From an uncultured Oscillospiraceae bacterium (GTDB lineage Bacteria > Bacillota > Clostridia > Peptostreptococcales > Anaerovoracaceae), in the NCBI GenBank assembly GCA_964438605.1, contig CAYTKT010000005.1, positions 2,395 through 66,394 of the forward strand: a stretch of DNA of 64,000 nucleotides, given 5' to 3'. The notes below the pieces were generated by a model, which worked only from the letters and a program-made list of their open reading frames with translations, had not been told where the DNA came from and searched no databases. Below, piece after piece: positions 20,685 to 29,023 of the stretch. Position 1 is the first letter of the stretch. Each line of letters opens with the position of its first letter. The position numbers were made by a program, and so were the translations under genes.

Positions 20685-22013
20685 ATGAACAGGAACAGAA
20701 TTGATAAAAATAAACTTCGTCTCTACGCTATCACCGACAGCAGCCGTCTTGGAAACCGCACACTGGCTGAAGCCGTCGAAGGTGCAATCTGCGGCGGCGC
20801 CACTCTCGTCCAGTTGCGTGAAAAGGAGCTGGACGACAGCACGCTGCTGGCTGTCGCCAAAGAGATTAAAAGAATCACAGACAATTACGGCGTCCCGCTT
20901 ATCATAAACGACCGCCCTGACATCGCGCTGAAATCCGGCGCATCGGGCGTTCATCTCGGACAGACCGACGGTTCCGTATCCGAAGCCAGAAAACTCCTGG
21001 GGGACGATATGATTATCGGCGTTTCGGCCCACAACGTAAAAGAGGCCATAACAGCCGAAAAAAACGGTGCCGATTATCTTGGAGCGGGCGCAGTATTTCC
21101 TACATCCACAAAGAGCGGCACGCTTCCCGTCTCTGCCGCCACACTCCGTGCGATCTGCGATTCGGTCAGTATTCCTGTCGTTGCCATCGGCGGCATCACC
21201 GCAGATAATATCGGTCAGCTCACAGATACGGGCATTGACGGCGTCGCCGTCGTTTCCTCCATTTTTTCGGAAAAAGATCCCGCTGAATCGGCAGCGCACC
21301 TGATCAGCGCGCTGGACAGCGCGAAAATCGGCAAATCAAAGTCTGACCGTTTCGCCTCACTGTCTGTTAAAGGCGCCATCTTCGATGTTGACGGCACAAT
21401 TCTCGATTCCATGTATATGTGGACAAGCGTCGCCTCCCGTTTCCTCCAAAAAAACGGCATCAATCCGCCGGAATCGATTAATGAACAGATGACGCAAAGG
21501 ACGCTTGAGGAAAGCGCTGCCGTCTTCCGCGATACCTACGGAATTCCCGGTACAATTTCCGAGATCATTGCCGCCGTTCTCGAAATGGTTACAGACGATT
21601 ACCGCTATCATCTGAAATGTAAACCCGGTATTGTCGATATCATCCGCGATTTTGCCGGACACGGTATTCCGATGTACATCGCCACGGCCACCAACCGTGA
21701 AATGATCGTCCCCGCCATGGAGCGTCTCGGCCTTTCAAAATATTTCAGTGGAATCATAACATGCAGTGAACTCGGCGTCCCGAAAACATCACCGGATATC
21801 TATTTGTACGCGGCCGATCAGCTGGGTACCCGCCCCGAAGAAACGCTGGTATTTGAAGACGTACATCATGCGGTACTCACAGCGTCGTTAGCCGGCTTTC
21901 CCGTCGTTGCGATTTACGACGAGGTTTCGGCTTCTCAGAGCAATGAAATCCGCACCATTGCCGATCTTTATCTGGAATCCTGCAGCGACTGGCCGGGAAT
22001 TCCGGGAAAATAA
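20685..22013 (+). CDS. thiE: thiamine-phosphate synthase fused to a HAD-superfamily phosphatase
   Basis: The N-terminal ~210 aa is ThiE (LYAITD..., LVQLREK, GVHLGQ, AIGGI). The C-terminal ~215 aa is HAD (motif I FDVDGT, motif IV FEDVHHAV...AG). Confidence 0.85.
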   Translation: MNRNRIDKNKLRLYAITDSSRLGNRTLAEAVEGAICGGATLVQLREKELDDSTLLAVAKEIKRITDNYGVPLIINDRPDIALKSGASGVHLGQTDGSVSEARKLLGDDMIIGVSAHNVKEAITAEKNGADYLGAGAVFPTSTKSGTLPVSAATLRAICDSVSIPVVAIGGITADNIGQLTDTGIDGVAVVSSIFSEKDPAESAAHLISALDSAKIGKSKSDRFASLSVKGAIFDVDGTILDSMYMWTSVASRFLQKNGINPPESINEQMTQRTLEESAAVFRDTYGIPGTISEIIAAVLEMVTDDYRYHLKCKPGIVDIIRDFAGHGIPMYIATATNREMIVPAMERLGLSKYFSGIITCSELGVPKTSPDIYLYAADQLGTRPEETLVFEDVHHAVLTASLAGFPVVAIYDEVSASQSNEIRTIADLYLESCSDWPGIPGK

Positions 22014-22159
22014 GCACACCGTTCATCACAGATGTATTTCAGGAAAGAAAACGGCGGAACAACTTTTGTAAAGATATAGACCCATCAAAAAGGCTCTCGT
22101 TTCATTGGCAATCAATCTAAAAAGATAAACAAAAACAAGAATGAAAGGAAAAATTTTCA

Positions 22160-22945
22160 ATGAAAAAAGTCCTTACAATCGCCGGCTCGGACCCCAGCGG
22201 CGGCGCAGGAATCCAGGCCGACCTGAAAACGATTACACTCCACGGAATGTTCGGCATGAGCGCTATCACAGCACTGACCGTGCAAAACACGACAGGCGTC
22301 TTTAACATCATTGAAATTCCGCCGGAATTCGTTGCTGAACAGATCGACTGCGTTTTCAGCGACATACGTCCCGACGCCGTAAAAATCGGCATGGTTTCAA
22401 ACGCCGAAATCATCCAAACAATCGCAGAACGCCTGAAATTCCACAATGCCGAAAACATCGTCATTGATCCCGTCATGACCGCCACCAGCGGCGGAAAGCT
22501 CATGAAAGACAGGGCATCCGGCGCCCTCGTTAAATATCTGTTCCCGCTGGCATCCGTTATTACGCCGAATATTCCTGAAGCCGAAGCCATTTCCGGCATA
22601 AAAATCAGGTCTACCGACGATATGCCGGCGGCCGCTGAAATCATATCAAAAATGCTCAAGGGCGCCGTCCTCATCAAAGGGGGCCATCTGACAGACCGGG
22701 CTGACGACCTGCTGTTTGACGGCGGCAAACAGTACTGGTTTTGCTCTGCCCGAATCGACAGCAAAAATACTCACGGCACCGGCTGTACGCTCTCCTCTGC
22801 CATCGCCTGCGGTCTTGCCGACGGTTTATCCGCGGAGAAAAGTGTCCGGAATGCGAAGGAATTCGTCACCGGAGCAATAAAAGCAGGACTTGATCTCGGT
22901 CAGGGAAACGGCCCGCTTAATCATATGTTCCGGTTTTCCAAATAA
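22160..22945 (+). CDS. thiD: hydroxymethylpyrimidine/phosphomethylpyrimidine kinase
   Basis: 261 aa with the ThiD pattern: TIAGSDPSGGAGIQADLKT, GTGCTLSSAIA. Confidence 0.9.
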   Translation: MKKVLTIAGSDPSGGAGIQADLKTITLHGMFGMSAITALTVQNTTGVFNIIEIPPEFVAEQIDCVFSDIRPDAVKIGMVSNAEIIQTIAERLKFHNAENIVIDPVMTATSGGKLMKDRASGALVKYLFPLASVITPNIPEAEAISGIKIRSTDDMPAAAEIISKMLKGAVLIKGGHLTDRADDLLFDGGKQYWFCSARIDSKNTHGTGCTLSSAIACGLADGLSAEKSVRNAKEFVTGAIKAGLDLGQGNGPLNHMFRFSK

Positions 22946-23038
22946 GTTTATGTGACCTTTGCAGCGGCCGGCTGTTATCATCAGCTGACCGATACAGTCC
23001 ACACTACTATATCTGCTCGGTGATTTCGTCTTCAGCTG

Positions 23039-23195
23039 CTTCCCTCTGCCCGACGATCCTGCTTTCACGGCACATCTGCCCGACAATCCCGCTTGTACCC
23101 GGCACATCTGTCGGACAATCCCGTTTGTACCCGGAACATCTGCCTGACAGTTCCGCTTATATCCGCCATATTTGCCCGCCGATTTCGTTTCCGGC
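23039..23195. repeat. about 5 x 32-bp degenerate tandem repeat (intergenic)
   Basis: Units CACATCTGCCCGACAATCCCGCTTGTACCCGG / CACATCTGTCGGACAATCCCGTTTGTACCCGG / AACATCTGCCTGACAGTTCCGCTTATATCCGC, and so on. They are contiguous, with no spacers. Confidence 0.75.
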
Positions 23196-23292
23196 TGATA
23201 CTCTGTTCAGCGATTCCACTTTCCTCCGCCACGTTCGCCCGGTGATTTTGCGAAAGCCTTTATCTGGCTGAAAGAGCGGATTTTTCCCGCCT

Positions 23293-24057
23293 TTACGCCG
23301 TTGTTTCATCCTGCGTCCGCGAACCGTCCGGAATTCTCTTTGCGACGACGACAAAACGCCCGTTTTTCGTATGATAGCTGCACGTCGAAAGCGTGATCAG
23401 TCTGTCTCCGAAAGATGCCTCAACACCCGTATCATAAAGCGCTCCCGCTTTGACACCGCTCACGTATTCATCAAATTCCTCCTGCGTTTCAAGAGCCGCA
23501 TAGCGGTAATAACGGAATACGTTTTCTTCATTTTCATTATAAATTTTTCCGTAGAAAGCTGCCATAACCTCATATTCTCCAGCTTCTTCCAACGTATCAT
23601 AATGAATGATCGGATGCTCATCAGCAAACTCTTTTTCCGCATAGGAAAGCAGCGTGGCAAACATACTGCCGTTTTTCATATGATGGCCGTAAATAATCAG
23701 ATGATTGGCAGACGGCTCGCAATTTTCGCCGATAAAAAGACAACCGCTGCGCGCATACTGTCTGTCAAAACCGCGATGCAGATAAAAGTCCGGCTCCTGC
23801 GGCGTATACATCACCGGATAATCGAGAGTTGTGCCGTCAATATAAAGCCAACCCGCCAGATCACTGTTCTGCTCATGGAGCAGCGCATACTGGCCGAGCC
23901 GGTTATCTTCGTTTTCAACCTGCTCCACAAGATCGCGGTTGGCCTCGTTCTCACGGTGCGATTCCATGAGATCACGCACCAGCATAAAAGACGAAAACAG
24001 AAAAATTGCGAGAAAAACCACTAAAAAAACAAGAAACAAGACAGATTTTTTTTTCAT
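23293..24057 (-). CDS. srtB: class B sortase
   Basis: N-terminal TM segment, then GWLYIDGTTLDYPVMY, IIYGHHM and the catalytic TLSTC. The ATG at 24057 has a GGGGAG RBS. Codons 2-4 form an A9 run. Confidence 0.85.
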   Translation of the reverse strand: MKKKSVLFLVFLVVFLAIFLFSSFMLVRDLMESHRENEANRDLVEQVENEDNRLGQYALLHEQNSDLAGWLYIDGTTLDYPVMYTPQEPDFYLHRGFDRQYARSGCLFIGENCEPSANHLIIYGHHMKNGSMFATLLSYAEKEFADEHPIIHYDTLEEAGEYEVMAAFYGKIYNENEENVFRYYRYAALETQEEFDEYVSGVKAGALYDTGVEASFGDRLITLSTCSYHTKNGRFVVVAKRIPDGSRTQDETTA

Positions 24058-24189
24058 AATAATTCTCAGCTCCCCTATCATTATCGTCAAATATCAGCAA
24101 AACTCTGATTTACTCACAGAAATAAACGGCATATAGCGAATAATGTCCGATAACTAAACTTACCAAACTATATCTCGTAATTTAACTTC

Positions 24190-24745
24190 TTAGCACTCCC
24201 CACAGCTAAAGCAGAGGGATTCCTGTTTCAGCGACCGCTGCCCGTAAAAGCAGGTCTTACATAATCTCTACCGGTTTTCTATGTACCGTTTCATGAACTG
24301 CTCATGGAACTTCACCAACAGTTGATACAAAATACAAATTTATCCATAGCGTTGGCAAACGAGATTTAGAAACGGAAACTCTTGACGCAAAATTCGAGAA
24401 ATGCGTCCTTTTATTCGCTTTACAGCTCTACGAATTCCAAATTGAGGATCTGTCTCCATTAAAAAATGTACGTGATCCGGCACGATTTTCCATCTCAACG
24501 ACCTCTATGCGGTTTTTTTGCATATTTCACAGATAAGTTCTTTTCGTTTCCTTTCTCCACCGCTGGCCAAGACTTTTCTGCGGTATTTTGGACGCCTCTA
24601 CATGATTATTGCTTTTGTATTTCATATCAGCTATTATACTACACCGAACCATAATATTGTAATACCATTTCGTATCCATTTCCGTCTGAATCCCCATAGC
24701 TAAAGCAAGGACATTACGACGGGTTCTGGTAAAAGCCACCAATCA
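24190..24745 (-). mobile_element. decayed IS200/IS605-family element (Y1 transposase tnpA pseudogene, about 24269..24625)
   Basis: Minus-strand frames read MKYKSNNHV, RPKYRRKVL, VPDHVHFLMETDPQFGIRRAVKRIKGRISRILRQEFPFL, STVGEV and KRYIENR. These are interrupted by stops, frameshifts and a deletion. The remnant is flanked by direct repeats CCCCAYAGCTAAAGCARRG at 24198 and 24692. Confidence 0.65.
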
Positions 24746-24997
24746 TATTTCGATTTTTTGATTTTGCAGAGGCAGCGTCTGTTTCCTTTTTACACTTTTT
24801 TCCTGCACAGTGCAAACACGATCTGATGCGATGCTTACATCTTAATTTCTGTTAAACCAGCAAAATACGTTCTTTCCGGCTATTTCCACAATATATTCTG
24901 CTTTCATTTCTCCTTTCCGCTTTTCGCGTGGTTCGAATATGGCCTGATGCGATGCAGCAGAGCGCTTAAATTTCGTTTCCTATGTAAAACGATACTC

Positions 24998-26095
24998 CTA
25001 CCTCGGATTTACGTGAACGCTGCAATGTTTGATGCGGCCCGGAAACAGATTTTCCACGCGGTGATGGACCGCCTCTGCAATTTTATGCGCATCGTAAAGC
25101 GACTGGGTGCCGTCACAGGCGATTTCGATGTCAACATAAACCTTTGAACCGAACATCCGCGTCTTCATTTCATCAAGCCCCAGAACGCCCTCCTGGCTGA
25201 GAATCGCGTCGCGAATCAGCGCCGTTGTTTTGGCGTCACAGGATTTGTCAACGAGTTTATCTATCGTTTCACGAAAAACGGCGATTCCCGCTCGAATAAT
25301 CAGCACGGCGATGAAAACACAGGCCGCAGGCTGAAGCAGCGGATAGCCGAGAATTGCACCCAGAATTCCGATAAAGCTGCCGACAGAAGAAACGGCGTCC
25401 GATCTGTGATGCCACGCCTCGGCCCGCAGCGAAACGGAGTCGATTTTTGCGGCAGCCGCGCGGGTATACCAAAAGAGAATTTCCTTTGCCACAATCGAAA
25501 TAACGGCGGCAGCCAGCGCCAGTCCGCCAGGAATTACAGCTTCCTGAGGATTCATAATTCCACGGATTGCGTCAATTCCGATTCCGACGCCAATGAGCAG
25601 CAAAATATTCGCTAAAGCCGCGGAAATAATACATTCCAACCGTTCATGGCCGTACTGATGATCTTTGTCGGAAGCTTTACCCGCCAGATGAGCGCCGAAA
25701 ATGACAAGCATGGAACCCGCCACATCGGAAAATGAATGAATCGCGTCTGCGATCATTGCACCGGAATGGCCGAAAATGCCGGCAAACAGTTTAAAAAGAG
25801 ATAGGATGATATTCGTAATAACGCTGACGACAGAAACACGGATAGTGACCGATTTGGCAGACTGGCCGAAGCGGCTGTGCACGTTTTCTTTGCCGGAGTT
25901 ATCAGGTCTGCCTGTGCTTCCGCCTGTATTTTTTATGCCGAATCCTTCGGAACGCTCCTTTCGACCGAATTGTCCGGACTTGCTCGTAAGATTATGTTCA
26001 TTTTTTTCGCTAAATCTTCCGGACCCGCCGGGATTTCCCTGTCCCTCCGCTCTGTCATCCCCGTTTGCTTCGCCGGATATTATATTTTTCTGCAT
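24998..26095 (-). CDS. cation diffusion facilitator (CDF) family metal exporter with low-complexity N-terminal extension
   Basis: CDF TM core (NIILSLFKLFAGIFGHSGAMIADAIHSFSDV) and a C-terminal cytoplasmic domain. A GGAGG RBS lies upstream of ATG 26095. Confidence 0.85.
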   Translation of the reverse strand: MQKNIISGEANGDDRAEGQGNPGGSGRFSEKNEHNLTSKSGQFGRKERSEGFGIKNTGGSTGRPDNSGKENVHSRFGQSAKSVTIRVSVVSVITNIILSLFKLFAGIFGHSGAMIADAIHSFSDVAGSMLVIFGAHLAGKASDKDHQYGHERLECIISAALANILLLIGVGIGIDAIRGIMNPQEAVIPGGLALAAAVISIVAKEILFWYTRAAAAKIDSVSLRAEAWHHRSDAVSSVGSFIGILGAILGYPLLQPAACVFIAVLIIRAGIAVFRETIDKLVDKSCDAKTTALIRDAILSQEGVLGLDEMKTRMFGSKVYVDIEIACDGTQSLYDAHKIAEAVHHRVENLFPGRIKHCSVHVNPR

Positions 26096-26328
26096 CACAA
26101 AATAAAACCTCCTTCATCTTTTTAGAAATGAGCAAACTTCCAATTTCCTCACAGAAGAAAACAATATTGAATCCATAATATCTGAATATCTGATGAATGA
26201 ATCATATATTGCTGTTCAATTTTACAAAATGTGTGTTGCTCATCCCTGTTTTTTCCAATGCGCTTTGGGCCGGACTGCCGGTACCCGGATGCGCGCTCGC
26301 TGAAACTCCGCGTTTTTCAGAATATGCG

Positions 26329-26365
26329 AAAATCTACGGAAATTGAACCAATTCCCGTAGATTTT
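26329..26365 (-). terminator. bidirectional-looking intrinsic terminator
   Basis: AAAATCTACGG..CCGTAGATTTT hairpin flanked by an A-run and a T-run. It lies about 100 nt downstream of the CAP-domain remnant. Confidence 0.5.
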
Positions 26366-26460
26366 GACACTTTAGAAAACTTATTGTAATCAATATATTA
26401 CAGATTCCATAGGTTAGTCAATGCAGACTGTATAATCATACTTAAATTGTAATTTCCTTA

Positions 26461-26766
26461 TTATCCTTTAAAAATTTGAACCCAATATGTTTTTCCCTGA
26501 GAGCTTACAGCGTAACCTACACCGATTGAGGAGTATGAGGAACTGAGAATGTTTGCTCTGTGCCCGGAAAAATTCATTCAGGAATTCATGACATCAGAAG
26601 GGGTCTTCTGACCACGGGCGATATTTTCACCCGCGGCGCTGTAAGAGATGCCGGCTGCGGGAACACCGTCATTGTGATCATACCTGTAAGAATCAGGATT
26701 TTGTGGAAAGCCAGTCGCTGATTTCCAGAGCAGCTTTAAGTTATTCGGTTTAGACAAGGCGCGCAA
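26461..26766 (-). pseudogene. CAP/SCP (YkwD-like) domain gene remnant
   Basis: The frame reads ...AAGENIARGQKTPSDVMNS-TGA-MNFSGHRANILSSSYSSIGVGYAVSSQGKTYWVQIFKG. The in-frame TGA falls where the family has a conserved Trp. The N-terminus and signal peptide are missing, and it overlaps the DUF1294 gene. Confidence 0.55.
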
Positions 26767-27031
26767 CCAGCGCGATTACAGCGATATTTACGAGCAGCGC
26801 CGCCGGAATTCCAAAACGAAATCTTTTTTTACTCGTTTTATGGTTAAATAGGTAAGACCCCAGAAGACTGCCGACGGCTCCCATAGCAAATGCTGTAATC
26901 AGCAGCGTTTTTTCGGAAATACGCCAGCTTCCGCGTCCGGCTTTCAATTTGTCAATTCCCATAAGAGAAAACGTTACAATATTCCAAACGATCCATACAC
27001 AGGAGATTATTTTCCATATATTTTCTGTCAT
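26750..27031 (-). CDS. DUF1294 small membrane protein
   Basis: 93 aa. IDKLKAGRGSWRISEKTLL...GS..G...F.HKT matches the DUF1294 pattern. Confidence 0.75.
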   Translation of the reverse strand: MTENIWKIISCVWIVWNIVTFSLMGIDKLKAGRGSWRISEKTLLITAFAMGAVGSLLGSYLFNHKTSKKRFRFGIPAALLVNIAVIALVARLV

Positions 27032-27051
27032 CTTTCTTCATTCATTTCTTC

Positions 27052-27750
27052 TTATTTTGTGCGCTGCCTGACGCAGTATTTTTCGAGATATGATTCCATC
27101 GCCCGGCGTGTCGCGTCGTCGATGACAATTTTTCCGCCGATTTCTACGTTATACAGCGCATCAATAACCTCGCGCACGGTGACGATAGCATAAGTAGGAA
27201 TCGAAAATTCCTCGTACAGCTCGTCTATCGCCGTTTTTTCACCTTTGCCGCGTTCCATGCGATCTACAGACACAATCAAACCTTCGACAACGACACCCTC
27301 TGTTTCCATCAGCAGCGGAAGCGTTTCCCGAACAGCCGTTCCTGCGGTGATTACGTCCTCGGTAATGAGAACCCGGTCGCCCGCAGCCAGTTTATGGCCT
27401 ACCATATTCCCGCCTTCGCCGTGATCCTTTTTTTCCTTACGATTAAAGCAATAGCTGATGTCCATGCCGTACTCCGCGCTCAACGCGACAGACGTGGCGA
27501 CAGCAAGAGGGATTCCCTTGTAAGCCGGACCGAACAGGACGTTGACATCGCTTGAAATTTCGCCGCTGTTCATATGCTCCAAAATGCAGGAAGCATAAAA
27601 ACGGCCGAGTTGCCGAGCCTGAGCGCCGGTCTGATAATTTCCTGTATTTACAAAATATGGAGTATTCCTGCCGCTTTTCGTGACAAAATCGCCGAATGTC
27701 AGAACGCCGGATTCTACCATGAATTTAATAAATTCCTGTTTATATCCCAT
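27052..27750 (-). CDS. pyrE: orotate phosphoribosyltransferase
   Basis: 232 aa with the PRPP-binding loop VLITEDVITAGTA, in pyr operon context. Confidence 0.9.
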   Translation of the reverse strand: MGYKQEFIKFMVESGVLTFGDFVTKSGRNTPYFVNTGNYQTGAQARQLGRFYASCILEHMNSGEISSDVNVLFGPAYKGIPLAVATSVALSAEYGMDISYCFNRKEKKDHGEGGNMVGHKLAAGDRVLITEDVITAGTAVRETLPLLMETEGVVVEGLIVSVDRMERGKGEKTAIDELYEEFSIPTYAIVTVREVIDALYNVEIGGKIVIDDATRRAMESYLEKYCVRQRTK

Positions 27751-27797
27751 TTTTTCTCCTTTGTATGTGATGATTGCGGGCCTGTCTTGGCCAACCC

Positions 27798-27840
27798 AGT
27801 CCGCATGATGCCGTTTTCACAAAACGGCATCATGCGGACT
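27798..27840. other. perfect 20-bp-stem palindrome (AGTCCGCATGATGCCGTTTT-CAC-AAAACGGCATCATGCGGACT)
   Basis: Read directly from the sequence. It lies in the pyrD-pyrE spacer. Confidence 0.85.
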
Positions 27841-27922
27841 GCTGTAAAAGCCGTGATGCCACGCGATAACGATTAACCTTTGGCACCGTCAGGCGATCAG
27901 GTACTGCGGGTCAGTGGGCAGC

Positions 27923-27955
27923 GCGTTATACCGTTTTTCCAAAACGGTATAACGC
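27923..27955. other. perfect 15-bp-stem palindrome (GCGTTATACCGTTTT-TCC-AAAACGGTATAACGC), related core to 27798..27840
   Basis: Read directly from the sequence. It shares the core CCGTTTT-N3-AAAACGG. Confidence 0.85.
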
Positions 27956-28075
27956 AGATTTCACTGGCTGAGCTGATATGCAGACTTTGTTCGGGGCCGA
28001 CACCATTGAATCAGCCGGCAATCCGGACCGGACCAGCACCACGCCAACGGCAAATATTTCGGATTTGCCTATGTT

Positions 28076-29023
28076 TTATAAATCAAACGCATTTTTAAGT
28101 TCCCTGATATTTGAAAATCCGTTTTCGTGCATATATTCCAAAAGCTCTGCCTTAATGCGCACAGGCGCCGTCGGGTCGGAAAGCGCCGCCGTTCCCACAG
28201 CCACGGCCGAAGCGCCCACAGCGAGAAACTCCGCAGCGTCGGTCCCCTTTGTAATGCCGCCCATGCCGATGACCGGAATATTGACAGCATTAGCGGTCTG
28301 CCACACCATGCGCAGCGCCACCGGTTTTACAGCCGGGCCGGAAAGTCCGCCGACTTTGCGCGCCAGCGTCGCCCTGCGCTTTTTCAAGTCGATATGCATA
28401 CCAAGCAGCGTATTGATCAGAGAAACCGCATCAGCGCCGGCGCTCTCGACAGCCTTTGCAATTTCCACGATGTCCGTGACGTTCGGCGTCAGCTTTATTA
28501 TAACCGGCTTTTTGGAAATCTTCTTTACGGCCGCTGTAACGCGGGCGGCCATCTCAGGCCGTGTGCCGAAAGCAATTCCGCCGCTGCTGACGTTCGGACA
28601 GGAAATGTTGACTTCAAACATAGCAATCTGAGGACAATCGTTAAGGGCGCGGATTGCATCACAATATTCTTCGATTTCATGTCCTGCGATGTTTGCGATG
28701 ATTTGAGTATCGAATTTTTCCAAAAAAGGAAGCTCTCTGCGGCGATATGCTTCAACGCCCGGATTCTGAAGCCCGACGGAGTTCAACATTCCGCCATACG
28801 TTTCAGCGATGCGCGGCGTGTCGTTGCCCGGCCAGGGTTCAGCCGCAATGCCTTTCGTAACTGCAGCGCCAAGCTCATTGATATCGTAAAATTGTCCGCT
28901 TTCTCTTGCCGAAAATGTTCCAGCCGCCGTACAGATTGGATTTTTCAAGCGAACGCCGGCGATTTGAACCGAAAGGTCGATGCCATACTCAGCCGCCTGC
29001 TTATCAGTTTTTGTCATTCCCAA
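28076..29023 (-). CDS. pyrD: dihydroorotate dehydrogenase B, catalytic subunit
   Basis: 315 aa class 1B DHODH pattern (NPICTAAGTF, NISCPN, GMGGI). Confidence 0.9.
   Translation of the reverse strand: MGMTKTDKQAAEYGIDLSVQIAGVRLKNPICTAAGTFSARESGQFYDINELGAAVTKGIAAEPWPGNDTPRIAETYGGMLNSVGLQNPGVEAYRRRELPFLEKFDTQIIANIAGHEIEEYCDAIRALNDCPQIAMFEVNISCPNVSSGGIAFGTRPEMAARVTAAVKKISKKPVIIKLTPNVTDIVEIAKAVESAGADAVSLINTLLGMHIDLKKRRATLARKVGGLSGPAVKPVALRMVWQTANAVNIPVIGMGGITKGTDAAEFLAVGASAVAVGTAALSDPTAPVRIKAELLEYMHENGFSNIRELKNAFDL

Noticed and set aside
24046-24054. A9/T9 run in codons 2-4 of sortase B as a phase-variation tract.
   Set aside because: Lys-rich N-termini commonly produce such runs. Comparable A/T8 runs occur inside other genes here (etfB-like, the SLH gene). 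There is no independent evidence of slippage.
26099-26320. NiCo (czcD-motif) or other metal riboswitch in the ~220-nt leader of the CDF exporter.
   Set aside because: I cannot reproduce the conserved four-way-junction motifs from memory with confidence, and I see no obvious match. Left uncalled.
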